64,000 nucleotides of DNA from Octopus sinensis (GCF_006345805.1 NC_043005.1:11656001-11720000); one strand, 5' to 3'. Numbered from the stretch's first letter, positions 1 to 14,460 are shown. Translations and numbers: made by a program. The notes: generated by a model from the letters alone, not told the origin.

Positions 1-257
1 AATTGTACTTAATTTTATCAACTTCACCCCCAATCCACCTTCTCAGAGAGTGCAAGAAAAACTGATCCTTGGTTTGAATGCAGAACGCAGAGAGTCGCTA
101 GAAATACTGCAAGATATTTCTTCTGACGCTGTTAGAATTCTGCCACCACTACATTTGTTGTGGTGGTAGTGGTGGAAGTAGTAGTGGTGATGGTGGTGAT
201 GGTGGTAACGAAAGTAACAGAAATATCTTTATAATTTTGGCACAACCCCAGCAATAT

Positions 258-451
258 TCAGGGGTGGTTGGGGAGAGGCAAGGAGACAATCACATCGACC
301 CCAGCACATGACCGGTTCTTTATGTTACTGACCTTGAAAGGATGAAGGCAAAAGTTTACGGGGTGAGATTTGAATTTGGCATGTAAAGAGCCGGAAGAAA
401 TTCTTCTAAGCATTTTGTCCGACGCGCAAACAATCCTGTAAGCTCGCCGTT
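258..451 (-). mobile_element. tRNA-derived SINE family A, decayed copy
   Basis: Reverse complement aligns by eye to the family A copy at 19534-19765 (gagct..cag..gcttagaag..caaattc..cctttcatcc..ggggtcgat). Confidence 0.7.
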
Positions 452-3400
452 GATAAGAATATGATTTTTGTATTTGCCAGAAATACATATGACAGGAGGT
501 ACATGACATGTGGTACATAGATATTACACATGACAGGAGGTACATACATATTGGAGTTATTAACGAATGGCGATGGACCAAATAAAACCAATGGAGGCAC
601 AAACGTGATATCACAAGCGTGTTAAAGTTTTGATTATATGAAACAATGATCAAAACAAGATATAATTTGTCTAAGACACCAACACACGAGTGTGAATGTT
701 TTAGCTAGATGGAATTAAAACACCATCATTACCCCTCCACCTTGTTTGTCACTCATTGTATTGAAACTTGGGTTTCACCAACGTAATACTAAGCATTAAA
801 AGATATTCAATCGCTTCTGGATGTAACATTTCGGTTAATCTCTCTCCTCAATGTTGTAGATATGCAGTAGCAGTTTCAGTGACAAAGTAGTTCTTTTCAT
901 TATTGCCTCCGGCAGAATACGTTTCTGTTCATGTTTTACACATTTTTTTTTACCGCCGCTCAACAACAATTTCCTGTTCTCTTTGCCCACTGCAATATTC
1001 CGACCCTCTTCCCTTTCAGTCTTTACCTTCTCCTCATACACGCAACCGAACGAAGTGGTACTCAGTCGATTTTAGCATCGTTTACTTCTGGGATTGTAGA
1101 TATAAGATTTTCTCAATCTTTTCAGAGATTTTGGCTGGCATGTATTCTAATATAGTTGTCTCCAGAGCATACTGTTGTAACCGGATCTGCAAATGTACAT
1201 ATCTCTGTCTCCCGCTCTTTGTGTCCGTCTTTCTCATTCCCCTCAGGGCAAAAAACTCCCTCAATTAGCTCTTCCTAGCCCAGGTGTCACAGATAGGCCT
1301 GCTGTCCTGCATTGTTAGTCTTTTTTCTGCGCTCGACATGAAGAACAGCTTCGGAATGGCTCTGTGGTTTGACACTCACAACATATTTCAAATCTATACT
1401 GGCCTCTAATTATCACATATCAATCCTAGTTATTAGCCACCACCACCACCACCACTTCCATCTATATTGCACAATAGATATGATAAAGAACCAATGTGTA
1501 TTGCAGTGAACCAGATTATAAACCTGATACAAACCCTACGAGCGTTTGTTTTACCTTTGGTTGTAAAGATCAGCCAGAGAAACACCGCTGTATACCTTAG
1601 CGTGCCGGATGGACATTACATCCTTTCATACTCCAGATAGAGCTTCTTTCAATCTTTCAGTTGAGGTCATAGAGAAATGCCATCGCTATCGACATCTATC
1701 TCGGGCAAAGTGATGGAGTTCTTCGAGATATACTCTACTGCATTTCTTTCTTTGATTTGATGTTGTTAATATCTAAAATTTTCTTACTGAAAGTGATATT
1801 TGCAAATTTGTAACAGCAAAGTTGTGACAGTGTTGCTTTTGTTTTTGTTATTGTTACTAAGCGAGCCGCTAAAATTATTCTCTTTTATCAAGAGAAAAAT
1901 TATTTTGTTCCATTCAAATTGCATGCCTGGGGCAAAGTATTTTTTTTATTCATATTCTGCTTTGATTGTTTCGGTGTAGTTGTAAAAGGTTTTCTTTGAG
2001 GAAGCATTAGTTCTAACCTCACGTTGTCATTTAGTGTCGAATGCAAGCAGGTCAAACCAAACTGCTTGATAATATTTTTTTTTCTACTTTTAAATTGGAG
2101 GAAAAATTAAAAATAAACTACTCAATTTTGTTTTATTTCTACGCGATCTGACATAGAAAAGATAAAACGATTTCTAAAAGGAAAAAAATTAAAATGTAAT
2201 CCAAGCACATGAGGGATGCGTAACCACATCTTATCAAGAGAGGAAAACATCAAGCAACACATCATCTACAATAACACCACCAATAACATCAATCACAACA
2301 ACTGCAACAGCAACATCAACTGTATAACAACCACAACAACAACAGCAGTAGAAGAAACAGCACCAACAACACTGGTTTCTAATATAGGTAAGGGTTAGTT
2401 ATTAACCTCAATACTTGACAGGTATTTTTATCTGTTCATACATACAATAAAGTTAAAACGTGAGGACTGGACAAAACAAACTGATATTAAATCACCTGCC
2501 CATCAGTCTGTGGCTATAACCTACCGTCCGCTTCAATTTCAGGAAAAAGGCTATGAATAATCAAATTTCACCACAGAGATGTGTTGCACTTCGATACTAA
2601 CGTGACATTACTGATAAAACATAGGGCAGTTCGTGGTATCAAGAGGGATTCCTGCAGTGTCGAAACACTGCGACAACTCAGTAACCTGGATTCAATCACA
2701 TATTGATTGATGTTCATAATCCCACAACAATAACGACTTCAGTCCCTTCTAGAGCCCCCTAGTCACCCTGAGTATCATTTTAACATAGATATTAAGTTCC
2801 TTTACACTGTCATTCTTTGTTTTCACAGACTTCTGGTTCTAAAATTTCACACCGTCATGCCTCATTCTAACCCAGAAGCTATTGTCGTTACGCCAAGTGC
2901 ATCCACATCCTCAACTATTAATTTTCCAATGAGTTTCACAACCTATGGCGCACCTAGACCTCTTTGTATCTTTTGACACCTCTCACATTTACACTTCCAC
3001 TTTTTTTAAAGTATCCTACAGACACTTCGTTTCATTTCATCCTACAACACCCACAATAAATCTGACTTTTCTTCCTCGCAAATTCTGTCTTCCTCACTTC
3101 AGTAATCGAAACTGATTTCTGGGCTGTCTTTGAATGCTCTACATTGTTTTCCTACATGATTACCCCAACTCTTGCCGCAAACCATCAATGTAACATGAGT
3201 TTGTACCCTGGCTATTTATCATATTCTGCCTATTGTCTTCGTACCCAACCTTCAATCAACCATATTCCTTTCTGACTGTCGACTCCGCTACTTCACGTTC
3301 ACTGTCTATTAAAATCCATCATTGAGATTTTGCCTTTTCCAACTCGTCTATTTCCTACCCTTTTCTGGAACAAGCACCCGCTGTTTCGGACAGTTTTTCA

Positions 3401-4240
3401 GTCTCAGTACCTTTCTAGTGTAGAACTCTTTCATCTTCCTCACTCATTTTCATTGCAAATAATCTCATTTTGTGCTACATAGTACCTTTTTATCTAAAAA
3501 GACACGCAAGTATTCGAGAAAGATGTGAGAATTGACAGAGATGGAAAGATATAGGAAGTAGCAGAGTTAGAAGGATGTGGGAAGCAGCAGTTTTGAGATG
3601 TGGAGCAAATAGTTGAATATCCGTTTCAGATCGTAATGACAGGTGGAGTTCCTTGTTTCATTGCGAAACCTCGAAAGACGATAAATAACAAAAGGGAGAT
3701 CACTATTACCTTTTTCCTCTCGTGTTGTTGTTTACTGTTTATGCGTTGGGTGGTAGTTGCAGTGAACCCGTAAAGGGTGATAGAGACTTGGAAATAGAGC
3801 AGAAAGACAGAATGATGTCAATGTCCTGTCTGCAATTTCAGCAGCTGTCGAGAAAAACAGAATGACACTTGTTATTTGAAAGTGATCTAGTGATAAAGAT
3901 TAGTCGTTTCTGTTCCTGGTTATCTCGCCAGTCTTTAGCTAGCGGACAATCTGTATTTATTATTATCGTAACACGGCAAGAAAGAAGGACATACCGTTCG
4001 GAAAACAATAGGAGCTGCTGTAGGCGTCTACCATTGTTTGCATAGAAGGTGTTAAAAGGGTCAAGTGGAGAATATATAAAATCGTCTCGGCAACGGCTAT
4101 GTGTTGAATGTCTCAGCTGATTATTCCAGTCACTCTGTGAGAAAGTGCTGTGGTACTCTAAAAGGGAATCCTGTAGATTCAGGTTCGAATCTATGCCCAA
4201 ATAAAAAGCCACATTTTTCTTTCCAAGTAAAACATTTTCT

Positions 4241-4430
4241 ATAGATTGTTAGTCACTAAACCTTATTCTATTTTCTCTCCCTGTTTATTACCGCGTACCT
4301 TTCTTTCGAAGAGCGTAGGCTCAAAACGTAAAAGACTTTCTCACTTCCCGAGCGTTAAACTAATACACCTGTTTGTTGTTTACACACCCGTCTTCGTCCT
4401 TTGTGTTTTTTCTGTAAATTCTCACCTTAT
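4241..4430 (+). mobile_element. Short PLE pLTR-like repeat H1 with degenerate hammerhead motif
   Basis: About 190 bp homologous to 13985-14175 (minus). Contains cttt-CTTTCGA-A-GAGC gtag GCTC-AAAA-CGTA-aaag. Abuts a TA microsatellite. Confidence 0.6.
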
Positions 4431-4599
4431 ATATGTATATATACATATATGTATATATACATCGATACATGGGTACAGGAGATAAAAACGTAGACAAAAT
4501 GAGAAACGAGACAGGCAACATACAGAACATTCCCTTCATCAGTTTCCCTTGTGTTATCTGCATACATATATACATACATGCATACATGCATACATATAA

Positions 4600-4790
<191 letters not shown>

Positions 4791-5477
4791 TATGTGGGCA
4801 CAGAACGTCACGAAACGTGTACGCTTTCAATAAAACAGTTGGTCCCGCAAAGCAAATTAAATAAAATTTGGGATTTAGCGGTGGGACAGTTTTGGTAACA
4901 CAAACAGGACAGTGAAAAGAAACAGGGAAAGCTGCTAAGCCTAAACGAAGTTGTTATGACAAACGCGTAAATCAAGCTTGGACAGGAGACAGACAAAAAC
5001 AGGTTTTGCATGTTCCAGCTTCAACGGAGAGAAAGAAACACAAGTTAGGAGAAGAAAGAAAGAAGGTCGATGGTCACGTGGGAGCCACCTCACCAAGGGA
5101 GGAGAAGTGAGGAAGAGTGACAGAGTAATATGATAGAATAGTGGGAGAAGCGGATGTGAAAGCATAAGAGAGGGAAGGAGATAAAAACGAAAGAGTATAA
5201 AGATCGTATAGAGTGCACATCAGAATTTTGACCCACTGCAAAATCCCAAATTTTAAAATTTGCTTTGCGGGATCAATTATTTTATCGAAGGGCGTATATT
5301 GTTGTTAAATGCTCGAAATACGAGAGTAGAAAACAGCCAACAACTAATAAAGGGTCGGTTGTTTGTCTTGTTTTTCATTTGTGTCTTCCGTTGTTCCCCA
5401 AAATAGTTCATATTTCATGTACTCCTAGTTCATATTTTTTGTTGTACACGATGTCTGACGTCCCGTGCCCACATATG

Positions 5478-5512
<35 letters not shown>

Positions 5513-5560
5513 GTATAGGTGTAAGTATGTACATATACGTATGTATATATACATATATAC

Positions 5561-5755
5561 CGGAGTAAACACATAAATGTGAAACGAGGTGAAAAAAAGA
5601 GTACTCAAATACCAGGGGTAGAGTAATATGCTTTATTTAAAAGCAGCAGAAATTCAATTTAAAATTCAATTTTAACAAAACTGTCCGACGAACGGGAACG
5701 TGAAACTCCGAGTAACAGGTTTTGTTGTATTTCTGCTGCTTTTAAATAAAGTATA
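5561..5755 (+). mobile_element. Fold-back PLE pLTR-like element H3 containing a hammerhead
   Basis: Inverted arms ctttatttaaaagcagcagaaat (5631-5653) and atttctgctgcttttaaataaag (5729-5751) enclose an HHR motif. Flanked by TA repeats. Confidence 0.65.
5677..5724 (+). ncRNA. Type I hammerhead ribozyme motif (U4-to-C variant core)
   Basis: ctgt-CCGACGA-ACG ggaa CGT-GAAA-CTC c GAG-T-A-acag: stems I, II and III all pair and the cleavage triplet is GUA. The core has C instead of U at position 4. Confidence 0.6.
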
Positions 5756-5829
5756 TACATATATATATATATATATATTGTTTATATTATTATATGATTG
5801 AACGACACGCATCCTCTTCCAATTACGAT

Positions 5830-5832
5830 TTT

Positions 5833-5866
<34 letters not shown>

Positions 5867-5867
5867 C

Positions 5868-5918
<51 letters not shown>

Positions 5919-6001
5919 CAGCTATCTATCTATCTATCTATCCATCTATCCATCTATCTATCTATCTATCTATGTACCTATCTATCTATCTATCTATCTA
6001 C

Positions 6002-6046
<45 letters not shown>

Positions 6047-6124
6047 GGTCTGTCTATCTATCTATCTATCTATCTACCTATCTATCTATCTATCTATCTA
6101 TTTATCTATCTATCTATCTTTCTT

Positions 6125-6172
<48 letters not shown>

Positions 6173-6192
6173 GTATATATATATATATATAT
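5830..6192. repeat. (TATC)n tetranucleotide microsatellite followed by (CT)n(AT)n
   Basis: Directly visible. Confidence 0.97.
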
Positions 6193-6278
6193 TGACTGAA
6201 GAATGAAGGCTTGAATGACTTGTTTGTCTTTTTGTTCGTCTCTTCGTTTATTTCACGTTATTTATCTATATAAAGGTC

Positions 6279-6320
<42 letters not shown>

Positions 6321-6786
6321 GGGTGGGGTTACGTGTGTGTTTGTTAGCTGCAAAGCAATAGAAGCAATTCAAGAGTGAAAAGTATCGCGCATGGCAAATA
6401 TCTAACTTATCAAAAGAATATGACCACCAACCCACGATTCAATTAAGTATTTCTAATGCTTAATAAATAGACAATATTTTTCACAATGAATTACATCACG
6501 CCTTTTTCAACACAAAACTTATACACCCTTTCTCATAGACATAGATACACACGTGTGTGTGTGTGTAGATTTGCATAAGTGTGTTTTGTATTGCAAACAT
6601 TATTCAGTTTAGTTTATAAGTTTCATTAAACGTTGCCGTAGTTTTATATTTTCTTATAATTTTCCTATGAGATTGTTTGTAACAATAAAGTATTTTAAAC
6701 CATCACCAACAGTTCAAAACCCCCAATATTCAAGTGTTAGCTGTAACATTGTAATATGGGTTAATATGGTTAGTATATGTATTTGT

Positions 6787-7106
6787 GAAGGCGCAAGGTT
6801 TTGTGTTTAGGGCACTCGGCTCATGATTGTAAGGTCATGAGTTCAATTCCCGGCGACACGATGTGTCCTTGAGCAAAACACTTTATTTCACGATGCTCCA
6901 GTCTACTCAGCTGGCAAAAATGAGTTATACCTGTATTTCAAAAGGCCAACCTTGTCACACTCTGTGTTACGCTGAATCTCCCCAAGAACGTTGGGGGTAC
7001 ACGTGTCTGTGGATTGCTCAGTCACTTGCACGTTAATTTCACGATCAGGCTGTTCCGTTGATCATATCAGCTGGGACCCTCGTCGTCGTAACCGACGGAG
7101 TGCTCC
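6787..7106 (+). mobile_element. tRNA-derived SINE family B (CORE-like middle, tail X)
   Basis: Box B-like gagttcaattcc, then gtgtccttgagcaaaacac CORE-like block, then tail ending accgacggagtgctcc. Same layout at 27988-28311 (minus). Confidence 0.85.
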
Positions 7107-7664
7107 TATATGTACTACAGCGGGAATTTAAATAATTGACCGTTAGTTATCACTGAGACCGTAAATTCTTGTTTGTGACATTTGTATATTGCCCTGTATA
7201 TTTTAACTGCGTGCTGAGCTCCGACTAATTTCATATATCATTAATCGACTATTATTATGGGAATGATTAAAGTACAGATGTGTGACACATGAATGTTTTC
7301 TTATCTGTTTCCGCTCTGCGCTTACAAAATTTGGATTCCTGTGGTGCCCCTTATTAAGCAACACATTTATACGCGAAATAATTCCCCACAAAAGTAAACA
7401 ATTAATGCTAAAGTGAAGATTCCCAATACAGATTGATGTTAAAATAAACACGCAGGCAGTATATACTAAACACAAACAAGAACCCCACCTGACGGATTTC
7501 GTTTATAATCTAACGGTAAAATATCCAACTTCGCGAAATAAAGTACACCGATCAAATTGCCTTTCTCTCCTTACTTTAAAAAGGCGGCACAACACCCCAT
7601 CGTGAAGATGAGATAATGATGTTCTAGAAATACTGGTTTGAAATTTTGACACAATGCCAGTAAT

Positions 7665-7822
7665 TTGGGGGAACGGATAAGTGCTCAATTAGTACTTATT
7701 TCTTCGACCACGAAGGGATAAAAGCAAAGTCTACGATGGTAGAATTTGAAATCAGAACGTAAAGGTGAACGAAATGCTCCTAAGTATTTTTCCTAGCGTG
7801 CTAACGATTCTGCCACCTCTCC
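7665..7822 (-). mobile_element. SINE family A, decayed copy
   Basis: gtacttatttcttcgacc..gcaaagtc..aatttgaa..gctaacgattctgcca matches the reverse complement of family A. Confidence 0.7.
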
Positions 7823-7949
7823 GATAGATTTAGGACTTTCCTGTCTGAAACAAAAAGTATAATTCGTGCAAAGACACATTTTTATAAAAATTTTAAAGAT
7901 AAATCCAGAACAGTCATGTTTTTCAATAAATGTGTCAAGGAAATATTGC

Positions 7950-7950
7950 A

Positions 7951-8012
<62 letters not shown>

Positions 8013-8094
8013 CCCTCCATCTTTATCTGTCTATCTATATCTCCCCCTCCCTCCATCTCTATCTACCTATCTATCTATCATCTTCCCTCCATCT

Positions 8095-8157
<63 letters not shown>

Positions 8158-8252
8158 CTATCTATCTATTTCCCTCCATTTTTATCTGCCTATCTCTCTC
8201 TCTCCCTCCTTCCATCTCTATCTACCTATCTATCTATCGTCTTCCCTCCATC

Positions 8253-8297
<45 letters not shown>

Positions 8298-8306
8298 GTA
8301 TCTATG

Positions 8307-8367
<61 letters not shown>

Positions 8368-8395
8368 GTCTGTCTGTCTGTCTGACTGTCTGTTT
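7950..8395. repeat. (TATC)n microsatellite with an internally duplicated C/T-rich block (period about 155 bp)
   Basis: The ccctccatct..tatctacctatctatctatc..tcttccctccatc block occurs twice. Confidence 0.9.
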
Positions 8396-8861
8396 CTATC
8401 TGTAGGTGTGTCTCTTTATCTATCTTATTAGCGAAAACACAATAATGCTAATTACACTAAAAGTATTTGAATATATTATAGAAAGTTTTAGAAATGCAGT
8501 ACTGAAACTTCTAACATATAGGCCTTTCACAAAACTTATAATATGCATAAATTAACGAATATTGCATGTCTATGATATACATACATACGCATGCACACAC
8601 AGACGTACACACACACAAACAAACAAACACACACACGCATATAAACATATATATGTAGTTTACTGTTCCGTTGACAAAAATGTAATCCACCGCGTGAAAG
8701 GTGAATACCATTTAATGTACACAGTTGAAACGGGAAAAGAATAAAAATTAGAGTATCGTCTACTTTGACCGTAAAGCCATAATTAAACTAGTTCTAGTAT
8801 AATTCAAAGGAGACGGATCCAGTCTACAGTTCGCCAAAAGAAAATGTGCTGGAAAGTTGGG

Positions 8862-8898
<37 letters not shown>

Positions 8899-9089
8899 GG
8901 AGGCGGAAAGAGAGAATTAGGCAACGCTATGTGGCAAGAAGGTTGCTTTTCAAATCCACTGCGTGACAGCTTGTATAGGTTTTATCTCTAATTCATATTT
9001 TATATTTATACTGTGTGATTTGATTTAATACTAAATCGAATTTTTCCCTGTAAGTTTGGAGCTATATTCCCTATTATTAAATATATATA

Positions 9090-9328
9090 TTCTTTTATTC
9101 TTTTATTCTTTTACTTGTTTCAGTCATTTGATTGCGGCCATGCTGGAGCACCGCCTTTAGTCGAGCAACTCGACCCCGGGACTTATTCTTTTGTTAGCCC
9201 AGTACTTATTCTATCGGTCTCTTTTGCCGAACCGCTAAGTAACGGGGACGTAAACACACCAGCATCGGTTGTCAAGCAATGCTAGAGGAACAAACACAGA
9301 CACACAAACACACACACGCATATATATA

Positions 9329-9398
<70 letters not shown>

Positions 9399-9560
9399 TA
9401 TACGACGGGCTTCTTTTCAGTTTCCGTCTACCAAATCCACTCACAAGGCTATGGTCGGCCCGAGGTTATACTAGAAGACACTTGCCCAAGGTGCCGCGCA
9501 GTGGGACTGAACCCGGAACCATGTGGTTGGTAAACAAGCTACTTACCACACAGCCACTCC
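9090..9560 (-). mobile_element. tRNA/CORE-type SINE family C
   Basis: Reverse complement of ggagtggctgtgtggtaagtagcttg..gggttcagtcccactgcg..ccttgggcaag, internal TA/CA tract, tail ending gactgcaatcaaatgactgaaacaagtaaaagaa-type repeats. Confidence 0.92.
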
Positions 9561-9574
9561 TATATATATATATA

Positions 9575-9750
9575 TCACGTGATCACGTGACCGACCAGAC
9601 CATCAGATGTTGTTACACATCGCTGGTCACAATCGTTCGCATTGCTTTAGCCTTCGAATGACGCATCCCCTGGCTAAGCGAGCAGGTCGACAGAAGAAAG
9701 AATGGGAGAAAGAGTGGTGAAAGAGTACAGCAGGGATCACCACCCTCTGC
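9575..9750 (-). mobile_element. 5'-truncated SINE B subfamily with palindromic double E-box end
   Basis: High similarity to the 3' half of 20357-20660. Ends in TCACGTGATCACGTGA. Confidence 0.85.
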
Positions 9751-10779
9751 CTTGCTAGCAAGGACACAATATTTCACTTTGCGACAGGATGCTATGCAAG
9801 TATCCTCCGGGTTTGGAAGTCAATATTGTGTCAAACCGTGTGTAAGAAGTGCTATGCTTTCACTTCAAAGTATGTCTTCATAGATTTTTAACAGTGTTCA
9901 CAGCCAACACAGTAAGTTACAGCGTTTCACAAAAATTTTGCATAATTGCCTATTTGGATGATTTGGATATTGCATAAATATGTATGAATGTGATGTTTCG
10001 CTGTGCGTACAAACCTATCTATGTATCTGTCTGCCTGTCTGTTTATCTGCCTCTTCTTCTTTCCCTCAACATACACACTCACACAAACACATCTATCTAT
10101 ATACATATATATATATATATAAACATGCATGCATGAGACCAAAATCGTACGTACGCTGCTATATGTATATATGAAAAACAAAACGAAACAAATAATGGAA
10201 GAAGAACGTAACAGGGGACAACAAAAGAAGCGGACCGTTAGACGATATAAAGAATGACAGGAAAAAGCAAGGACGGGTCATTCGGAGCCTTCCGTCATCA
10301 GTCGAGTTCCATGCCATCCCTGCAGTTTCGGCCGGTTACACTCGAGACTGCTCATATATGTATATATAATGGTCTCTCCCGTCGAAGACGACGTTTGAGT
10401 ATTCAGGATTTGCAAGACGACCTGTACAAATGGTTTGTTTATAGTGAACAAATGTCTATACTCTACATTAGTTCACTCACACTCTCTCTCTCTCTCTCCA
10501 TCAAATCTAGGTTGCCTGAACATATGCATGCTGTAACACACGTCAGGTGTCGAAGTGATCTCAAAGCAACGTGAGGTGAAGAGTTTTGCTCAAGAACATA
10601 ACGCACCACCCGGTCTAGGATTTGAAATCACAATCTCACGATCAACACTAATTACTAGGCCATGACTCCGCCTATATATATATATGTAGGTGTATGTATA
10701 TGTGAACATGCATTTATGCAACGTAAATATGTATGTACTTATAAATGCACACACCCACATACACCCCCATACACCCCCC

Positions 10780-10823
<44 letters not shown>

Positions 10824-12249
10824 CGTACTATATTTTAGATTATTTGAATACTTCTTCCGATAATGAGGAGACTGGTTTCTAAGAAACGAAAACTCCATAA
10901 TTGCAATCTGCGAATATATTATGTATGTGTGTTTATGCATTCAATTATATTTTCATTTCAGTCTAGATTTCTTCTTACATGGCAGGTTTATCTTCTGAGG
11001 TAGGCATGTGTATACATGCTCGTATGTGTGGATAAGATATTTATTATACAGTTCATTATTTCTTATGCACTTGTGTGTGTGACTGTGTGTCTGCATGTTT
11101 GTGAGTGTGTGGACGTGTGCGTGCGTATTTGCGAGCTCATGTGCTTGTTGTGCGCACATGCAAATATGTGACTGTGTGCTTTGTGTTTTACAAAATCACA
11201 AATAAAATATGCAAAATAAGAGAAAGAAAAATAGAAGAAAACAAATTATATTTATATACAATATAAATAGATTTTCTCTTTTACAACTGTATTCTTACCT
11301 GATGTCGCTAAAGTGCATCTTTCCCTCTTATCTATCGAGTGAATAGAATTATTTTTAGAATTCGTTTATCGTTGTTAAATGTTAGCGATTTTGAATAGTT
11401 AAGATAGTGATAACATACCTAATCCAGTTAACATTAGAAAGCTTACTGGAAGTAATTATTTGACAAAGAAAAGCCGTTGTTAGCAAGTGATTGATATTAT
11501 TTTAGATACTTTATGTTACTACGGAAGACAACTTGGAACATGTTTCTATCTTCTAAAATAGGTTTCCTAATATCTCAGCCGTTCTGTACTGAGTCGTCAC
11601 TGTTACCTCAAAGCTTTGTGAGACTATCCAAAATGTAATGCATGATTACAAACCACTGAATTACACAGGCTAAATGCAAAGCCACTACATGAGTGGTTAA
11701 TCTGATAGAAATAACATATAAATGTTCCTAAAATTACATCCTACCGGTTTTGTTTTTCAATGATCCAGTGGTTAAAGTAATAACAGAGATAATGAATCTG
11801 GTAAATGGTTGCAATTATTGACGATGGAGAGTCTTTAAACCTGATGTCTCTTGGACAAAGATTTAATTGAAACTAATCAATATCCTTGCCAACGTCATCA
11901 CAACCCACCCGCCATCCTCCACCACAACCATCACAACCACAAATAAGGGAGTCAATGGAAGCGTTTTATGTAGTCGCTCAGTCATCTCAAAACAGCAGTT
12001 GTATCTCTTAAGATAACAACCGGCGACCTTAAGTAAGGTAGAAAACATTGTAAGAAGAAGTTCTAGTCGGAGTTATGTCGCAAAAATAAGGTATTTTCGC
12101 TATAGTTGGAGTGGCTTTAATCACAAGCCTTCTCAAACAGGGTCGACCTGGGGTTACGCAACAACAATGAGGCAATGGAAAGGTCGCTGAACGTGTAATA
12201 AACACAGGAGCAAAATTTATCTCTATCATCTGAAGAAAGGAGAGATACC

Positions 12250-12478
12250 TATTTCTTTATTACCCACAAGGGGCTAAACACAGAGGGGACAAACAAGGAC
12301 ATACATAGGTATTAAGTCGATTACATCGACGCCAGTGAGTAACTGGTACTTAATTTATCGACCCCGAAGGATGAAAGGCAAAGTCGACCTCGGCGGAATT
12401 TGAACTCACAACGTAACGCAGACGAAATACCGCTAAGCATTTCGCCCGGCGTGCTAACGTTTCGGCCAGCTCGCCGCC
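12250..12478 (-). mobile_element. SINE family A, full length
   Basis: Reverse complement begins ggcggcgagctggccgaaacgttagcacgccgggcgaaatgcttagcgg, with Box B gagttcaaattcc. Confidence 0.93.
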
Positions 12479-12749
12479 TGAAGAAAGGAGAGATACCAAA
12501 TAATTCAGTTGGGGATACATTCTGCATGAAAAAAACGATTGGCGATTGGATACTGAAGGTCGCAACACTAGTCATCAAGTCTACAGCTGAACTTGGCCAC
12601 AGTCAAATGACTGAAACATGTAAAAGAACAAAAGAATGAAGAATAACAAAAGCAATGTTATCCTCAACAACACCGTAGTGTAGTGGGAAGAGTTTACATT
12701 TAAAACGGGTTGCCAGGGTATCTATTGAATTTTGTGGGAAAGTATATAT

Positions 12750-13117
12750 TGGAAGCACTCCGTCGGTTACAACGACGAGGGTTCCGTTGATCCGTATCAA
12801 CGGAACAGCCTGTGCTCGTGAAATTAACGTGTAAGTGGTTGAGCACTCCACAGACACGTGTACCCTTATTTTCAGCGTGACACAGAGAGTGACAAGGCCG
12901 GCTCCTTGAAATACAGGTACAACAGAAACAGAAAGTAAGAGTGAGAGAAAGTTGTGGTGAAAGAGTACAGCAGGGATCACCACCATCCCTGCCGGAGACT
13001 CGTGGAGCTTTAGGTGTTTTCGCTCAATAAACACTCAGAACGCCCGGTCTGGGAATCGAAACCGCGATCCTATGACCGCGAGTCCGCTGCCCTAACCACT
13101 GGGCCATTGCGCCTCCA
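12750..13117 (-). mobile_element. SINE family B (head + agctccacg middle + tail X)
   Basis: Reverse complement begins ggaggcgcaatggcccagtggttagggcagcggactcgcggtcataggatcgcggtttcgattccc. Shares tail X with 6787-7106. Confidence 0.92.
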
Positions 13118-13324
13118 CTCGGAAAAGTATATATTAGTTTATTGGTGAAAATCCATTTAAAATGGGATATTTCGCTGGTAACGAGATAACTAGATAAACA
13201 TGCGTGTGTGTGTGTGTGTTTACGTGTGTGTAAGGTGGTAAACCGATGGGTTTTGCCCTTTGATCCTTATCAAGTATATTAATTTTGGCTTCAGACTTTA
13301 TACAGCACGGTTGGGATTAAAGGC

Positions 13325-13630
13325 TTAATCGACCTCGGTGGAATTTGAACTCAGAGTGTAAAGACGGACGAAATGCCGTTAAGTATTATAGCTTGGCATG
13401 CATTCTTTACTGCCCACAAGGGGCTACACGCAGAGGGAACAAACAAACGGATTAAGTCAGTTATATCAACCCCAGTGCGCAACTGGTACTTAATTTATCG
13501 ACCCCGGAAGGATGAAAGGCAAAGTCGACCTCGGCGGAATTTGAACTCAGTCGACCTTAGAACGTAGCAGCAGACGAAATACAGCTAAGCATTTCACCTG
13601 GCATGGTAGCGATTCTACCAGATCACCGCC
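13325..13630 (-). mobile_element. SINE family A, one near-full copy plus an adjacent partial copy
   Basis: gacctcgg..gaatttgaactcag occurs twice; the 3' tail tttgtt(t)..ccctct..gtagcc..gggcagtaaagaat is present. Confidence 0.88.
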
Positions 13631-13953
13631 TTCCAAATCTCTTAATATTAACCCGAAGTCGATCGAATGTTGACCTACATTACGAAAGTATAAAACCTTG
13701 AAATTGTAATATTTATTGAGAGCGATATTTCAAAGAGAATCTCGATGGAACTAGTTTTAACGAAGATTGCACAAATATAGCCAATCACACGCACACACAC
13801 ACACACACACTCACACACGCACACACACACACACACACGGACGCACGTTCGAACCTCATGCACACACACAATTTCATATAGATACACAATACATACACGT
13901 ATATACATGTGTGCATATACATGTGTGTATGTGTGCGTGCATGTATACGCATA

Positions 13954-13984
<31 letters not shown>

Positions 13985-13988
<4 letters not shown>

Positions 13989-14175
13989 CGGGAAATAATT
14001 CACAAAAGAATCCCAAAAGACGAAGACAGGTGGTATAGACAACAACCAGATGTATTAGTATAACGCTCGGGAAGTGAAAAAGTCTTTAACGTTTCGAGCC
14101 TACGCTCTTCCACAGAAAGGAACACAGAAAGAAACAAGGAGAGAAAATAAAAAATGTGTTGTGGCTAGCGATCTA
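13985..14175 (-). mobile_element. Short PLE pLTR-like repeat H1 with variant hammerhead
   Basis: Reverse complement of 14083-14120 reads cctttCTGTGGA-A-GAGC gtag GCTC-GAAAC-GTT-aaaga. Second copy at 4241-4430. Confidence 0.6.
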
Positions 14176-14224
14176 TCATGGCGATCTACCATGATATATA
14201 TATACATATTCAAAATGTGACTGC

Positions 14225-14417
14225 ATGTATACCGTTGGCGATTTTTTCCCTCCGTCTTCCTTCTTTGGATCTTTCCTTTTCCTATGTTTCTGACGAAGAG
14301 CTCCGCTCGAAACGTTAAACCCTCATTCTTTCCTTCTTTCCTGAGTGTCCAATAATACTATACTTGTTCCACGTCCTCGCGTTGTTGTGTTTTCTCTTTG
14401 AGTTTTCATATTTATAT

Positions 14418-14422
<5 letters not shown>
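14225..14422 (+). mobile_element. Short PLE pLTR-like repeat H2
   Basis: About 200 bp, with a second copy at 21030-21232 (minus). Carries an intact minimal HHR and lies between TA tracts. Confidence 0.7.
14286..14320 (+). ncRNA. Minimal type I hammerhead ribozyme
   Basis: gttt-CTGACGA-A-GAGC tcc GCTC-GAAAC-GTT-aaac: canonical core, 4-bp stems I and II, loop-less palindromic stem III (AACGTT). Confidence 0.75.

Positions 14423-14460
<38 letters not shown>

Noticed and set aside
835-3500. Faint RTE-like endonuclease/RT echoes on the minus strand (835-1260 and 2450-3500)
   Set aside because: Too decayed to align by eye; needs a frameshift-aware HMM search.
10175-10350. Hammerhead-like words (CTGATGA/CTGAAGA and GAAA) in a repeat also seen at 6192-6270 and 58485-58580
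   Set aside because: I could not build consistent stems I and III or an NUH site in any permutation (GAAT follows stem II).
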